Of a stretch of 64,000 bases of DNA, positions 12,982 to 27,600 are shown piece after piece. The notes under the pieces are model-generated. The model made no database searches, had not been told where the DNA came from, and was given only the letters and a program-made list of their open reading frames with translations. Position 1 is the stretch's first letter, and each line of letters starts with the position of its first letter. The position numbers were made by a program, and so were the translations under genes. The stretch comes from Podarcis pityusensis (lineage: Eukaryota): the NCBI GenBank assembly GCA_964106645.2, contig OZ067053.1; one strand, given 5' to 3'.

Positions 12982-15447
12982 TAAGAGAATGCCATCTGTT
13001 CAGAGGGATCCATTAATGTTGGTTTGGGCTACCGACTTGTCCTGTCACCAACCCCATCCCCATAAGTCCCCCAAGCTTGTGCAGAGGATTGGATCAAGGG
13101 GAGAAAGAGGTGAAGAATACTCTCCTTATACCCACTTTGATCAGCAGAACTGTTAACTGCTACAGTTGCAACACAATACTTGTTCCATAGTTGTTAAAAA
13201 ATTGATCTTTGACTGTGGCAGCACCTATATTTTGGAAGTCTCTGCCCATTGACATCAGGCTAGTGCCTTTTTAAAAAAGATGTTTTTATTTCATTTTGCA
13301 GTATTTAATGAACAAGAACTGTTACAACATCTTGACTGTCTTTGCATTGTTCACCCATAAGAGCATTCAAAATACCATGAACGAAAGGAAACTACATTGT
13401 CACACCATACAAATAGCATACAATAATATAATCAAGGAGATCTCTCCAAACTCCACCATGAGATGCAGAGGGAATCCTTGTCTGTTCTTCCTGTCTCATG
13501 TAAGATATAAGTGGTTTCCATGCCATGTATAAAGAAAAGGGGCTTGCCCTTCCTTTAGTCGCATGGATGTGGCATGTTAGTTTTTCTGCCAGTGCTACTG
13601 ACCAGACCCTTTGGTGCCATACTTCAGTTGCCAGGCCTTCACCAGCATTCGTTGGTTTCCAGAGAAGCTGCTATCAGCAGAAACGACAGAATATATTTAT
13701 ATACAGTATGAAGTCTGGTGTCATTCATTATTGCCACTAGTACAAATGCTGGAGACATTTTGATGTTTGTTTTATAAATGTTTTCCAGTTCTTTGAAAAT
13801 GTATGTCCAAAAGGTAAGCACATGTTAGCAATATCACCATAGGTGTAGGAAAGTTCCTGTGCAGTCACAGCCTCTCTGGCACAAGGAGCCAAGTGGCTAA
13901 GTGTCATATGCCTTTAAGGCTGACATTTGTTTCTTATTGGTTATTGCTAGTTAGCTTCTCTCTCACTCACTCACTCACTCACTCACTCACACACACTCAT
14001 TCACACACACCCATGTGTATATATGTACAAACTTAGGATCTGCTGCACATCGCAATATGAAATGTCTCTGCTCAGTGCACCAGCAACTAGCATGAAGGTA
14101 CTGCATTACATTCTCCTGGATTTCTGGTGTTCTCCCCCAGTCCCAAAGAGAGAATTAGCACTCCACTGTCACATTGTGCTGTTTGGGAGTTGTTCCTTCA
14201 AAGTAGGGTGGTGATTCTGAACTTTTCCAAACTTTGGGGTTCATGCAAGTTTGATGGTACTTCCCTTTTTATGCTTAGGTGATACCTTTTTGGCTACATA
14301 AGGTTAGCCACTTGGATAATGAGTTTCTGATTTGTATATATATGATACTCAATTCATACAAGAAGGAAGTACTACAGTATAAGCAAGTGATTGAGTGGCA
14401 TGCAGTGTGTCCTGGATGGGGCTCTGCAGTTTGGGGATACACATGATCTATCTAGCATTGTCACTGGAGTCCCAGCTGGCCTTGGTGGTCCAGAGTGCCT
14501 TTTATCAGCTTCAGCTGAAAACACAGCTGTGGTCCAAATAGACAGAGAGCCAAGCTACAGTTAGCTATGCTCTGGTAACTTCATGTTTAGAGTACGGCAA
14601 TACATTGTGCGGTGAATTGCCTTAAAAAAAAAAAAAAGGTCCAAAATTTCAGTTAAACACAACACAAAAATTGTGCTTCAAGGTTTGCTAACTGGGGCTG
14701 AACATATTAAGGAAGTGCTTTGTCAGTCCCATGGGCTTTTGATACATTTCCAGGCCCTGGATTTAAAGTTTACATTCCTAAATGGCTTAGGGCTAGGTTT
14801 TTCCATATATTTCTATCTGGACATTGCTTTGCTCATTGGAGGTTGTTTCCCAAGTGCCACTCCCAAAGTAAAAGTGAGAGGGCTTTCACTATGATAGCAC
14901 CCCAGTAGTGGAATGGAGGTCTATTTCACATCCATTTTGGAATCATGTGTAGCCCTCCCTTTAAAAAACAAGCAAACCTCAGGGTTTTTAACATTTTCAA
15001 TGTTTTGGCTTGAAAAAGGTTTCAAGTCTTGTCTGTGCTTAATTTTATTTGCTTCATCTCTTGCTGTGATGCTGTAATTGCTCTTTTTTAAAAAAACCAT
15101 TCATAATGTATTTAAACATATTTTTGTATACCACTCAGAAAACTTTGATTAAGGGGTGACATAGAAATAGTTTTGTGTTTTTTCCTTGAAAGTTGTAGCC
15201 TGGCCCTAGAATTCCAGGAAAACAGCCAAAAAGAACATTACAGTTACAGTTAATTTTCCACATTTCTAGAAGTCTTTCTTACATATGCTGAAAGTTTTGT
15301 GAAGATGAATCACAATTAAGGGAACAGTCCTAACCCCTGCCAAAAGCCAGATGAGGGCAGTTAGGTCAAGGCAGGAGGACCAGCAGAGAGGAGCTCCACG
15401 TGTGGGGAAGCCTGTCTGCCCTGGCATGCCTGCAAAAAGCTTTGTGG

Positions 15448-15492
15448 GCATAGATGTAGTACCAACAGTGCATAGATGTAGTACCAACAGTG
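15448..15492. repeat. Perfect 22-bp tandem duplication
   Basis: gcatagatgtagtaccaacagt occurs twice back to back (15448-15469 and 15470-15491). Confidence 0.9.
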
Positions 15493-16210
15493 TTTCAGCT
15501 GGTGGTATAAGGGCTGAAATAGAGTGTGCCAGGAGGGTCAGTTTCTAATGTCCCCATCACTAGCCTTATACTCCCCCAGGTGATGTAGTTAATTTTCCCC
15601 AGATAATTGTCAAAAGAAACTTGGGTGTGGGGCAGAATGCCCACCTATCTTCTGACTTCGCTTTGCTCTTGGCAGCAAATCCACCACTGAACTCTTCTTG
15701 CCGCCACTTGAACTTGCTCTGTAAAATACCAGTTTTGTTCTAATGAAGCTTATGCTTTTAAATAAAATGCTTGACCTTCATTTGACAATACTTGACCAGT
15801 CAGCTGAGCAGTTTTTTGGGGGGACCATTCGTACCAACATCCAGCTAAGCTGTCTGTTATACATATTGAAAGTGGTAAACATCTTTCTCTCTCTCTCTCA
15901 AATTTTAATTTTGAATCAGCTAGATGGGCAAGCCTGCTTTGGAAACGAGTTCCCTTGAAATTAAATATGATTCCATCCCAAGTTACTGTGCTTGAGACTG
16001 GAGTATCAGAAGCTAATGGGGAGCAGCTCTTTTCAAGGAGTTCCATAGATGGAAGCCTTGAGGGAGGCCAGTGATACACCAAGGCTAATATCATTAGCAC
16101 AGAAGAGCAGAGCTGGCAAACAGATGAAGAGCTTTGCATGTGAAATAATGGAAGCTCAATACAATGGAGAATGTGCAGCGATGATAATATTTTCAGTAGT
16201 TATTGAGTAA

Positions 16211-16321
<111 letters not shown>

Positions 16322-16619
16322 TAAGGATCCCAAGGGCTTTGAAGTATGCTGCCGAAATTGACAGTGCTATTTTGGTGCTTTAATTGCGGTGTTTCCCTGT
16401 TCATGTACCCGCTTTCCCAGCATATTCTCTTCCCACTCCTGCATGATGATAATGAATAACTGCTCCTTGGTGGCCCTGTTAGCGAGTTTGACATTATTGC
16501 GTTGATTTCCCTCCTCTCCCAACTTTGTAGCACACTGTAACAGAAGTGGCGCAATGTTAGCACCTTTTTGCCTACTCTTTGGAATATGTTGCAGTCACTT
16601 CTCGTTTGAGAGTTGGCTA

Positions 16620-16636
16620 TATCCAGAACCAGGTGG

Positions 16637-16676
<40 letters not shown>
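16620..16676. repeat. (GT)n microsatellite
   Basis: Read directly; within this interval, ~300 nt downstream of exon 4. Confidence 0.85.
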
Positions 16677-16677
<1 letters not shown>

Positions 16678-19600
16678 GTGACTTTGAGACCTTTTTGCTT
16701 TGCTTTTCCAAGCTTATGTTGAAATACTGGACTGAGGTAGGTGTGTGTATGTGTGTTTTGTATATATAGAGAGACAAATGGAAAAGGATACTCATCAATT
16801 CACACTGTCAGTGTATTAATTGTCTGTATTGCAGTACTTTAAAACCTTGTAGGAAGCCCAGTGAAGTTTATAGGAAATATTGGGAAATGTAGTCTTATTG
16901 ATACTGCCATAATTGGTTGCATGTGTGAATACTGGTCTACAGGAAAGTTTTGTATAAAATTTATGTGTTCCTAAGGTACTTTTCAATGTTTGAAATAGGT
17001 TTCACTTAAGTAGGAAGTGGTTTTTGAGTAATGTTTTTCTACTGATGTTATGTATTCCTCTTTTAAACACTAGTTTCAAAGAATTGCAGGAATTCAATAA
17101 TCTTAGCTAAATAGTACAGATGCATTTAGTACAGAAATGCAGCGTACTGTTGGCGGACATTAAGAAGATATTTCAGACTGAACTGAATGTTTTAAGTTCT
17201 TTAAAAAAACTACAGTTGTTCAAAAGTGTGCTTACTTAGCAAGCAAGAGGAATGTAAAAATAGCAAAACTGATTGGTTTCTGGTAGTGTGTTGTGCTTCT
17301 GTTTGAGTCCCCAGCTGTGAAGAGAGGCTTCAGTGTGTTCTGTTTTCAGCGATTCTGCCAGTCCAGCATTTATTGTGCATACAGCTTGTTCAGTTTAAAA
17401 GCTTGGGTTTGCCCCTGAGACCACAGTTCCTTCATTGCACTTTTGACTCCTGCTTTGCATCCATGGTAGTAAAAGCTGCAGCAACATGCTTTGTGATTTT
17501 AATGTGCTTTATAGAAAGAGGGAGGACTTTCCATGTGGTTAACTAATGCTCAGGGAAAGCCTACAGAGGCATTTGTGGCACTGCTGAGCTGATGCAGATT
17601 TCTAGAATATGCTGGCTGGAGGGTTGCAGCCATCCTTGTTACATTTCTTATCTAATATGTTAACTTTCACATGCAAGATAGATGTACACTTTTGTAGGGT
17701 TCTGAAATAATGTAGCTTGATATATATACCTTCTACCTTAAGTAAAGATCTGTCATTTCCATGGTAATTTACGCTTCAGACCTTCAGAATCTTTTCAAGA
17801 TGGGAGGACGACGTGGCTCAGAATCTCAGGATTCATACACTCAAAGCCTTTGCTAGGGTTACTGCTTCTTCAACAGGTGCTTTTCAAATATTATTTTCAC
17901 TATGCCTGCAAATCACTTTGCCGTTAATAGCTGGAAGTGGTTCTGAGCCAAAATATATGAATTTGCACAATTGTAGTTTTTCTGTACTATCTAAGTCATT
18001 GCATAGTATTTCTTATATCCAGGACCACGGTGCTTCCTGGCTGTTAGGGTCACCTGAATAAAAGCAATCAAGGACACGAAAGAAGCCAGAACATAAGTTC
18101 ACTGCACTCTACTGAGATACCGTACTGTGGACATCCAGCCAGCCATTTGATATTGGTACATCCCTGTAAAAAGGGTGTCTCTCTTAAACTTAAGCCATTT
18201 GGGATTAGGCCAGAGCAAAAGGAACACCTGTTGCACCATCCATGGGAACTGCATAGTCTCACTCCATAATCTATCAGATATTTGAGATGCTTTGCAGAAC
18301 TGGTTGTGCCATGCCTGCATTAATGGTACTCATGGTTTATTAGCAGTATTTCAGACACTGCCTCTTCCTGAATTCTTTGTATGCTTTTATAGCCTTGGAT
18401 TTTGCTGATTTTCTTCAATTATGATGGATTTATTTGATTTCAGCTACAAACCCTCCACTCAGCCTCCATGCGTTGTTGTCTTTTGGAGACTTACTTGGCA
18501 CATAGCCCCCCCCCCCATCAATTCTCCAACTTGCAGATGTTGTCTCTTTGTGCTGAAGCTAATAGCCTTTGGAGTTCTAACACGGCTATTCTGCTGGGGG
18601 CACAGTCACCTCTTGCATTCATTTCAGACTTTGTTAGTAAGTTTCAAATCAGGACTGTATAGGGCCCTGTATAATTACATGGTTTCAGTTGTCTCCTCAG
18701 TGAGTTACTGAAGCAACAGGAGGTCCATTGCTGGCCCCAGCCCAATGCCCCAGCATCCCCTGCCCCATTCCTGATGCCCACATGCTGAATGTGGATGACT
18801 GCAAAAGGGAAACCTGCATGTGTTGATCTCAATGGGATTGAGAACCTCGAAGTGTTTGGGGTTCTTGATCCTGTAGGTTTCCCTTTTGCAGATGTCCACA
18901 CTCAATGTATGAACCTTGGGAGCAAGGGGAGCAAGCTGCTTGACTTTGGGAGTGCTGTCAGTGGCACAACCTCACTACCTTTTCAATGGCTGGAGACCCC
19001 ACTGTGTGAATTATGCTTGAAAGGGAATAGGACATGTCCCTGAAATAAGAAGATTCACTTTTGTGTTTCATTTGGCAGTTTGTAGATAGTGACTGTGATT
19101 TATGGTGAGTGGGCTGCATATTAGGCTGTTTAAGTTGGAATATGGTGGATGGATATAGTTGGTTACCAGAGGTTAAACATTAAGTACCTTAGCTTTTGGG
19201 TTGGATGAGTTACTATAGTTATGAATAGTGTAGATAGAGTTTAATCCAGCATGTGGAATGTTGGATGTTCACAGGGAGGTTGGGGGTGGCTATGAAGGTA
19301 AAGGAATCAGCTGCAACTGTTGAGGTAACCCTTACTATATATAATTTGTGTATAAGGTCTTGTTTGCCTAGCTTAAAGGTGCACAGTCTTAAATACACAG
19401 GCAATTGATGTTTTCAGTGCAGTTGTAACTACCTGCAGCCACTCTAGGTTCACAAATGGCAGCTGACTGCATGAAGAGCGTCTGCCCACTTTCTGTCTGT
19501 TCCATCTGTCAGTATTGTGGAGAACTGCTTTAGTTGTCTTGACATGAATGTCTTCGTTTACACAAACACGTGACACATCTGGACATCAGTTCTTTTAAGG

Positions 19601-20771
19601 GGAGGCCTTGTTGCTGGCTGTATTGTTCAACTAGTTGAAGTTCTAGGAATGTTTAAGCTGCTTTCCTCATTAGACACTCAAAGCTGGCGGAGTATGTAAA
19701 GGATAAGCAAAGTACCCCTGATGTGCTGTTAATTAGATTTGTCAGGAGCCCCAGTTGTGCAGCCTGCCACACAGTGTTGTCACTTACTATATCTGTAATG
19801 AATTGTCTTAAGGGCATCAGTAAACACTGAAAAGCTCCTTTTTAGTTTCTGAATGGCTATTCTAATAATGTTGCCCCTGCACGTTGGTTTGGGGGTGGGG
19901 GCAGGGAGGAAGACACTCCTCTTAAAAATAAACCACGGGATCATTAAATCTCTCTGGCAGCACAATCTCCAAAGCAAGAGTGTCTAGTTTGTGATGGTCA
20001 AAACAGAAAAAATAATTGTGCCACTTCTCAATACATCTTTACTAGAATCTAACCCTTTCAAGTGCTGAGAGATTCTCCCATTGTTCAGTGCTTTGCATTT
20101 GGTTTAAATGCAACTTTGTATTTCAATTTCTGGAGAATTACTCTGGAATTAATAAGACTGTGGGATGAAATAGTTTGTGGATATTTATGATCAGAATGTG
20201 TTTCCTTCATTTTCTAATTCTGCAGCCTCTAATTTCATTTGTAACAAAGATAATGAAAATGAAATACCTGCAATTGCATATTGATGTTTTAAAGTACACA
20301 TATAGTGTTATAGAGCCTTGAAAATCCTTTGCTTTAAACATTTTTACCTCTGCATGAGAATAACAAAGAGTGGAGTGTGGGCAATTTCTGCAACATCACT
20401 TTGCCCATTACTGGAGTAAGAATTAGTTGGCTGGAGGGGGTGTATTTTAAAGACCACCAAGCAACCCTGATCCCAGCAGTTGCAGCCACTGCTTTGCAAC
20501 TGGCCTGGAGTGACTCTTGATGGTGGTTCTGCAACAGAGGGGGGGGGGAGAAGTACCATGTGAATTGAGAGCAACCTCATCAAAGCAGGACTGGGTGGAG
20601 ATGACCCATCCCATGAGAACAGCTTCTGGTGCTGAGGCTGCTCCATTACTAACCTTTCTGCATGGGGCTTTTCAAAGGCCAGCCTGGCTGTGGGTACAAG
20701 AAGCCACAACAGTCTCTCTTGCATGCTCATATACTGCAGTTGGATGGCTTCTGAATTGTGTGGCATAGGCA

Positions 20772-20935
20772 AGGAGTCATAAGTCAGTGGTAGAGCACGT
20801 GCACCCCAGGTTAAATCTCTAGGGAGCACTGGGGAAAATCTCTGTCCAAAATCTTGGAGAACTATATACCAGTCAGTATAGATAATATTGAGATGGACTA
20901 ATGATCTGGTCTGGCATATGACAGCTTCCTCCATG
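20772..20935 (+). mobile_element. tRNA-derived SINE (Squam3-like), internally deleted
   Basis: tcagtggtagagcac..ccaggttaaatc...ccagtcagtatagataatattgagatggactaatgatctg...acagcttcct. Confidence 0.7.
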
Positions 20936-21829
20936 GAAACCACAGTTGTTCTCACACAGTTGTCCTGGTTGCACTGAAGTTCTAATCTTTGGTTTGGTCC
21001 ACCACCTACACCCCCACGGTTAGGCTGGCAGCCTTGCAGGTCAACCAGCAAAAGATAAACAGGGCCATTGATGTTCCCACAGAGCAGCTCTTGGCATATT
21101 AGCACAGTCGTTTGTGGTATGCTGAGCATTCTGGTCACTTACTTAGAGAACCATTTGAGCATGTAATAAAACTCAGCCATGTCCTGATTACCATTAAATC
21201 ATGTAAGTTGTAGAAGGTGCAAACTCTTGGAAGTTAATTGCCTGATGTGAAGGAAGCCATTTCTAAAGATGAGGTGAATTACAGCATAATTTGAAGGTTT
21301 TTACTGCTTTGGCTGCTTTGATTTACACATTCAGGGGAATAACACCACACCATGTAGAAACAGCTGGCGCTTAGTATTAAATATTAATTGCTATGAGTTT
21401 CAAAGAGAAGGAACTTGGGATGAGTGTTGCATGTCTCATAAACTGAAGCTAAATAAGATTGTATAAATCTTTTTTCTTGTGGCAGCAGCCGCATCAGTCT
21501 AAATAAAACCAGGCCTTCCTTTTGGGCAAAACAACTGCAGTGGTGGCTGAATTGACCCTGCGTAGCAGCTACCTTCTTAAGGGTCAAGCCATTCAGATGT
21601 AACACTGTGGAATAAATGCTTCAGTTTAGTTGCTAAGTGACTGAAGCCAAATAAGGTTTGAACTGCAATCCTTTGGACACTTTGTGAAAACTTCAGTCTA
21701 ATTGAAATAAGTACAGCTTCTGAATAAACATGTGGAATTATTCACTGCCAGAATTATTAACCTTCTCTATCACTTTAGCCGCATGACACCCTTTTCCAGA
21801 TCCCTTTATTGACTTTATGTCCCCTTCCA

Positions 21830-22285
21830 TATCCAGCACAAACTCCTCGTCTTTTTAAAGCTACCCCCAGCATAACCCCCATTCTTCCTTCCTGTCCTTT
21901 GTCTCTAGTTACATCTCCTCTTGTGATCTCTGTTGCTTCTCCTCTTACACCTCAGATGACTGAAGATCTCCTGGGTCTTTCATTAGTTCTGCCTTAAGTG
22001 GGGAACTCCTTTCCTGGATATGGACATGGTGCCTCTTCCCTCCCTTCAAATACCTCATGAAAACATACCTTTTCATGGTCAACTTTGGCTTCCCCTGAAT
22101 CCTTAATTTCCAGCTGTAATCAAGTCTAATAGCATTTGCCTAGATTCTTTTCTCTTTCCTTCTGTAGTTTTCCCTACTGCCTATTTTAGATCATAAACTC
22201 CTAGCGGGCAGGGAGCTATGTTTGTTGCCTGTGTAACTCTCTAAAATACCATGCACTCTGATGATGCAGTGTAAATAAACTAAAT
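21830..22285 (+). mobile_element. Ancient L2-like LINE 3' fragment
   Basis: ccttcaaatacctcatgaaaacatacctttt and the tail ttagatcataaactcctagcgggcagggagct...accatgcac...taaataaa resemble L2 3' ends. Confidence 0.5.
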
Positions 22286-24642
22286 AGGTAAAAACAATTT
22301 TCTTTGCCATAAACCAAAAAGGTGAGAGACTATGGCATACCTTTTCTTCAGAGGCAGGTTGTGTGGGGAATGTCACTGTCATGCCAGCTTCTAGTTTTTT
22401 TAAAAAAATATTATTATTATTATTATTATTATTAATGATATTAAAAAGTACAACCCCTCTTTAATAATAAGTTCAGAAAGCAGCTTACCCCTGTCCAGTT
22501 CAAGTTTGTCACATTAAAAATGCCCCAGTCCTAGCCTAGAAAGTTTACGGGACCCATTAAAGTATCCAAGAATCCTATGGTTGCAGTTCCCACTCTTCTT
22601 TAAGGTGGTTTAACATTGGAACAAACAGGCAGGAATGCGTCCAGATGGGTGGCTCATATCCATTGCCTAGAATTGCACATAGTTTGTTTTATTATTGCTG
22701 TTACTATTTTATTGTGGCTGTACTGCTCTAGGTGTCATTTTATGGCTTAATGCTGCATAGAATTGTTATCTAAACTACTATTCAGCTAACACACACAGAG
22801 AGAGAGAGAGAGGTGGGGGGGGGGGAGAGAGGGAGAGAGAAACAAACAGGAGTAAAACTTGTTGGCCAGATAAAATTTCGCATGATAAAAGGAAAAAGAC
22901 CAAGCTCCAACAACCACTTGATGGCTGGGGAAGCTGCATTTTAACCTGAGGTCAGATTTGCCTTGGTTGACAAAATATTCCTCAGCGTTTGTGCTGTTAC
23001 AGAGAAGGTTCAATGGAGCCATAAAGGATGAACATGGAGCAGAATCTTCGTAACATATCTAAGGGGGTGGAGAAGTAAATTTCAGAGGAGATGCTTGAAT
23101 GCAGTCCCCAGGTTATGTTGGATTTTAAAGGTAATCACTAGCATGTTGAACTGGGTCTGGAGTCAATGGGAAGCCAAATCCCTTTGACCCGTTCTGTGAA
23201 GAAATCAGTCTCAGGATTCTGTGCTAGCTGAAATTTCTAAAACATTTCTAAACATTTTTCTTCGAAGACACCTCTGCATAGAGTTGCTTGCAGTAATCAA
23301 TATTATGAAATTACTAAAGCACGGTGATGGGCCAAATTAGAGAAGTGATCACAGGTGGCTTGCAGGCATAAGCTGGTGAAAGGCCCACTGTAGAGCAAGA
23401 ATGTCCACTGAACATGGTTTCATAGGAGACATCTCGCAGTAATGATCCATCTATCAGCCTGTGATTGATTCATTAACTTAATTTGATGGATTATCTGATT
23501 AATGCTTTCAGAACTTCACACGAGCAGCATTTTTTTAAAGGATGATAATTCTACCATGGAGAGGCTACTGGAGAACAAGGTTTTTCAAAATTTTATTTAA
23601 TTAACAGATTCATTACCTGCTCTTCACTGTAGGGCAAATTCAGTACTGATATGCATTAAAAATATAAGACAACATAGCATAAAACAAGCAGACTCCCAGT
23701 CTCTGCATGAAGGAATTGCTCTTGTAAGACCAAACTTCACCATGTAAAGTGGTCTGGAACCTTGATAACAGAATTATTACAAGCCCCCACAAATCCAACA
23801 CTCCAGAATAAAAACCAAATCGCTGCTTTGTGCTGGTTCAGAATGTATCGAGAAGGTCCCATCAGCCTGTGCTGATGCTGCATCAAATACCCAGGTGTAT
23901 CATAGCTGGGTCAAATCATCTCCCCGGCTTGCCCTCCTAGGTTTTGGTAATGCATGCTAGGTTGGCCCTCCCCATCCACAAATTGTGAATGATGGAGATC
24001 TTCTTATGGATTGACCTGACATTAAAAAGGGGTGCCACTGGACAGGAGGGGAGGATGTTGATGCAACCTGGTTCCTGAGGGAAGGAGGAAGGGGTGGAAA
24101 TTGTGTTTTTTGGGAATAGACTGTGAGCATCTAGGCCACCTCCTCCTTACCAGAGAGCTACTAGCCTAATCTTTCCTAGATTGTCAAGCCAACCTCAGTT
24201 AATTTGATCTCTGACTTGTACAGACACACAACCTGACTTACCTACCCAGTCTCTGTATATAATTGAACAGCCTTTTCTAACGTTTTGTTGAATGTGGGAG
24301 ATGAGAATATCCAGTCCAGTGGATACTCAGCTTATCTCTGGCAAACTGGTAGTGAAACAGCTGTCGCTCTTTGTACTATTCTGCTTTCCCTGTACAGCTG
24401 CCTGTGGCGGTTGTGCTTATTCCTTCTTGCTCAAGGGCTTTGTCATTGCTAAATGAACATAACCAAGTATATGCTTCTTCTCTAGGAAGGAAGGAATAAT
24501 GGCAAACCACTTTGGTTTCTCCCCCCACCCCACCCCACTGTGGCTACCTGCTCTAATTTGCATGGTTGGGGAATGATTTCCAGATCCTAGATGCTGCAAT
24601 TGGTTTTTTGTTTAAAGTGTCAGGCCTGCACGGGGTTGGGTT

Positions 24643-24644
24643 TT

Positions 24645-24690
<46 letters not shown>
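24643..24690. repeat. (TTTC)n microsatellite
   Basis: Read directly. Confidence 0.9.
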
Positions 24691-24691
<1 letters not shown>

Positions 24692-27600
24692 CAGACACTA
24701 GCACTAAATTTTTAAACTGCAGGGCAACCATCCTTATCCATCTGAACAAAGCTTTTAACTTGATTGGATATTCCTGTACCAGAATGATGGTCTGTATACT
24801 GTCTAGATCTGGGCACAAATAGGATTAAAACACTGCACCCACCCCTCAAGCAACAGAGGAGAAAATTACTTCTGTGACACCTTGTTTGGGCTTGTGCTTC
24901 ATAATCCATTTTCAATTTACAGTGACCTTGGTTAGGAGTCTATTATGCTGAAACAAGTGTAGACATTGTAAAATCAGCAGGCTTTGTTCTGTGGTTCCAG
25001 ATGTCAGGAATAATAGCAGAGACATTGGTGCCAATGCTAGATTGTGATGGGAAATCACAGGTTCTGGAATTAAAATGTAATAACCTTTAAAGACACTAAT
25101 GTATCTGATCATTAAAGCTACGAGAGAACAAATTGAACTACTGTAGTCTCTTTAAGACCTCATGGCTTGTCGTATAGATCCATATGTTACTAGTGATCAG
25201 GGTGTGCATTGCATTGTATGGAGAAGTGTACAAATATTGTGGACAGAGTTGTCTTGTGAGTTTTTATTATACCCAATCACCTAGCTGAACAGTCAGGTCA
25301 TTTTAAAACAGAAAGGTTTTCCCATTCTGTCAGGTGGCTGGGTGCAGCAAGAGAAACATTCAAAACACTGTTGGGCTGCAAATGCTCCCTCCCACAAGAC
25401 CGCCTAAGACTGTAGTCAGTGGGTGCACAGATAAGTAGGCCAACAGTGGGAAATGTCCATCCAGTGCGTAAAAGCACAGGACTAGGAAGATTGTGAAAAC
25501 AATCGCCAAGCAATTTCACAAAGTGGTTGAAGAAGTATTTTTTGGGGGTGTTGTAAATATAAGGTGCCCTGCTTGAGGGCAGAAGTTGTGTTTCTTCCTG
25601 CTGAATGCTTGTATAATAGATTTTTGTTCAAATGGTATGTGTAACACAAGGACTTGCTTTTAAACCTCACTGGTGTGCAGCTTTGTGAACCATAAACCCT
25701 GAAGGAGATGATCAAGCATTTGGTGTCAGTTTTCTAAAGCACTCAAGTATCCTGCTGTTTAAAAGTCTATTTAAATAAAGCACCATTTTTGTTTCTCTAA
25801 TAATAAGTTGAAGAAGGTACACCAAAGGCAGTGGTTAAAAGTATCTGCAATAATATATACATTTTGAAATCACATATCTGTCATTAGCCCAGGTGAGGAC
25901 ATAAAGCTTCTTATTGCCTAACCAAAGTTAACATCCTTCTGGCTTTACATACTCCCTGCCTTTTGGTATACAAATACCTCTCTCTTCCCTTTGCTTGTGC
26001 TAACCAGGACATGGTGTTGCATGTAGGGATGAGCCAAATATTTTCCAGGTTTTATTTTCTTCAAAAGTAGTTTTTTTTTCTTTGGAGGAAACAAGTGGTA
26101 TATTCTGGTTCTGATAGAAATTACAGTCTGAAATGTGAAAACAATATTTAAATGGAGGAGGCGTAAATTGAAGCTCTGATTGCTTGTATCGGAACAAGAA
26201 GCTGCTGGCTGGATTTTTCCAAGTGTAGCAGAATGAAATGTTTGAAATTATTTACTTCGTTGTTTGGCCCATGTATGACTTGCTGACTTTCTACAAACGA
26301 CCCTCCTCCAAACATACTTTTCTGTATGCAAGCCGTTGCATAAATGGCAGCACAGAATAATTATTTTTCTTTTTTTTTATCCCTCACTCTGAACTGAGCA
26401 TGGTACAATCTTGAGACAGTTTGGTCACAAGAAATTCTCCAGCTATTTTAGAAGTCTCAATCCAAAGCTCTACATTTCCTCCTTATCCTGAATTTGGCAT
26501 ATTTTATCTCTTAGCTCTGGGTACTTGGAAGTATTTGGGCTGTTTCTACCCAAGTCTGAGGTGTCAAAAGATTTCTAGGGATCAGGTGTTGGGGCAGAGG
26601 CTTCCTGCTCCTTTACCTGACCTTGGCCCCTTCTCCCTTTGTGCCTGGGATTCGTTCCCAGAACACTGCATGGTGCTAGCTCTTTTGATAAAGTCCCTCC
26701 TCAAAATTCATTTCTTCTCCAAAGCCTTTAGTCTTCACTTTCTTATTGAAATGAAACCTGAGTACATGTAACCATAATCACACATATTCTTCCCCCCACT
26801 GACTTCTGCTTCTCTCTTCTCCATCTCCCCTATGACAGTTTCCAATTCTCAGGTAACACAGCGGTTTGACTTCACCCCTAGAGGTGCATTCCATTGTCTC
26901 TCAAGACAGATGCATGCCAACAGTGCATCCTTTAGCATTTACAGCAGTTGTTGAAAACTGCTAGGAATGGTGGGAGTTGTAGTTCAGCAACATCTAAAGG
27001 GCCAAAGGTTTTTCCCCCCCCCAGCAGTCACAGTTACAGTCATTGCCTATTGATGCTGTTTCAACTAAAAACTATGCAATTAGTGGTAGCTTGCATAGAA
27101 GAGTAAGCAAATTGAGAGGTGGCAATGGTGTCTAGAAGACCAGGTTCACATTAGGGTAGTGGAAGGAGTATTTATAGCTTCTGACATACTATTGATTCTC
27201 TACTTCAGGATGTGTTCCTGTGAATTAGCATTTGCAAATGTGATGGGAGGGATAGCTAAAAGAGTATGTATTCATATTATTAATAGTCAGCAGTATCAGT
27301 GAGTAGCAGACTCAGCAAGGTCTTCCAAATGGAACAATAAGATTTTAAGTTTATTGCTATTCCAAAATTGTTACCTCCTACGTTAGTTTCCTAGTGCCAC
27401 CAAAAAATGATATAGGAGCCGATTCATTGGCCTGTACCTTTTGGTAAAGTTGGTCTCCAACCCCCAAATAAACATTTATTTATGTGCCTTCAGGCAGAAA
27501 GAAATAAATGCTAAATAACAGACAAATTCCTTTAACTGACCTTCCATATCAGCTATTCATAATTTCAGCTTGCCTCTCATTTGCTTATGAGGAGTACATT

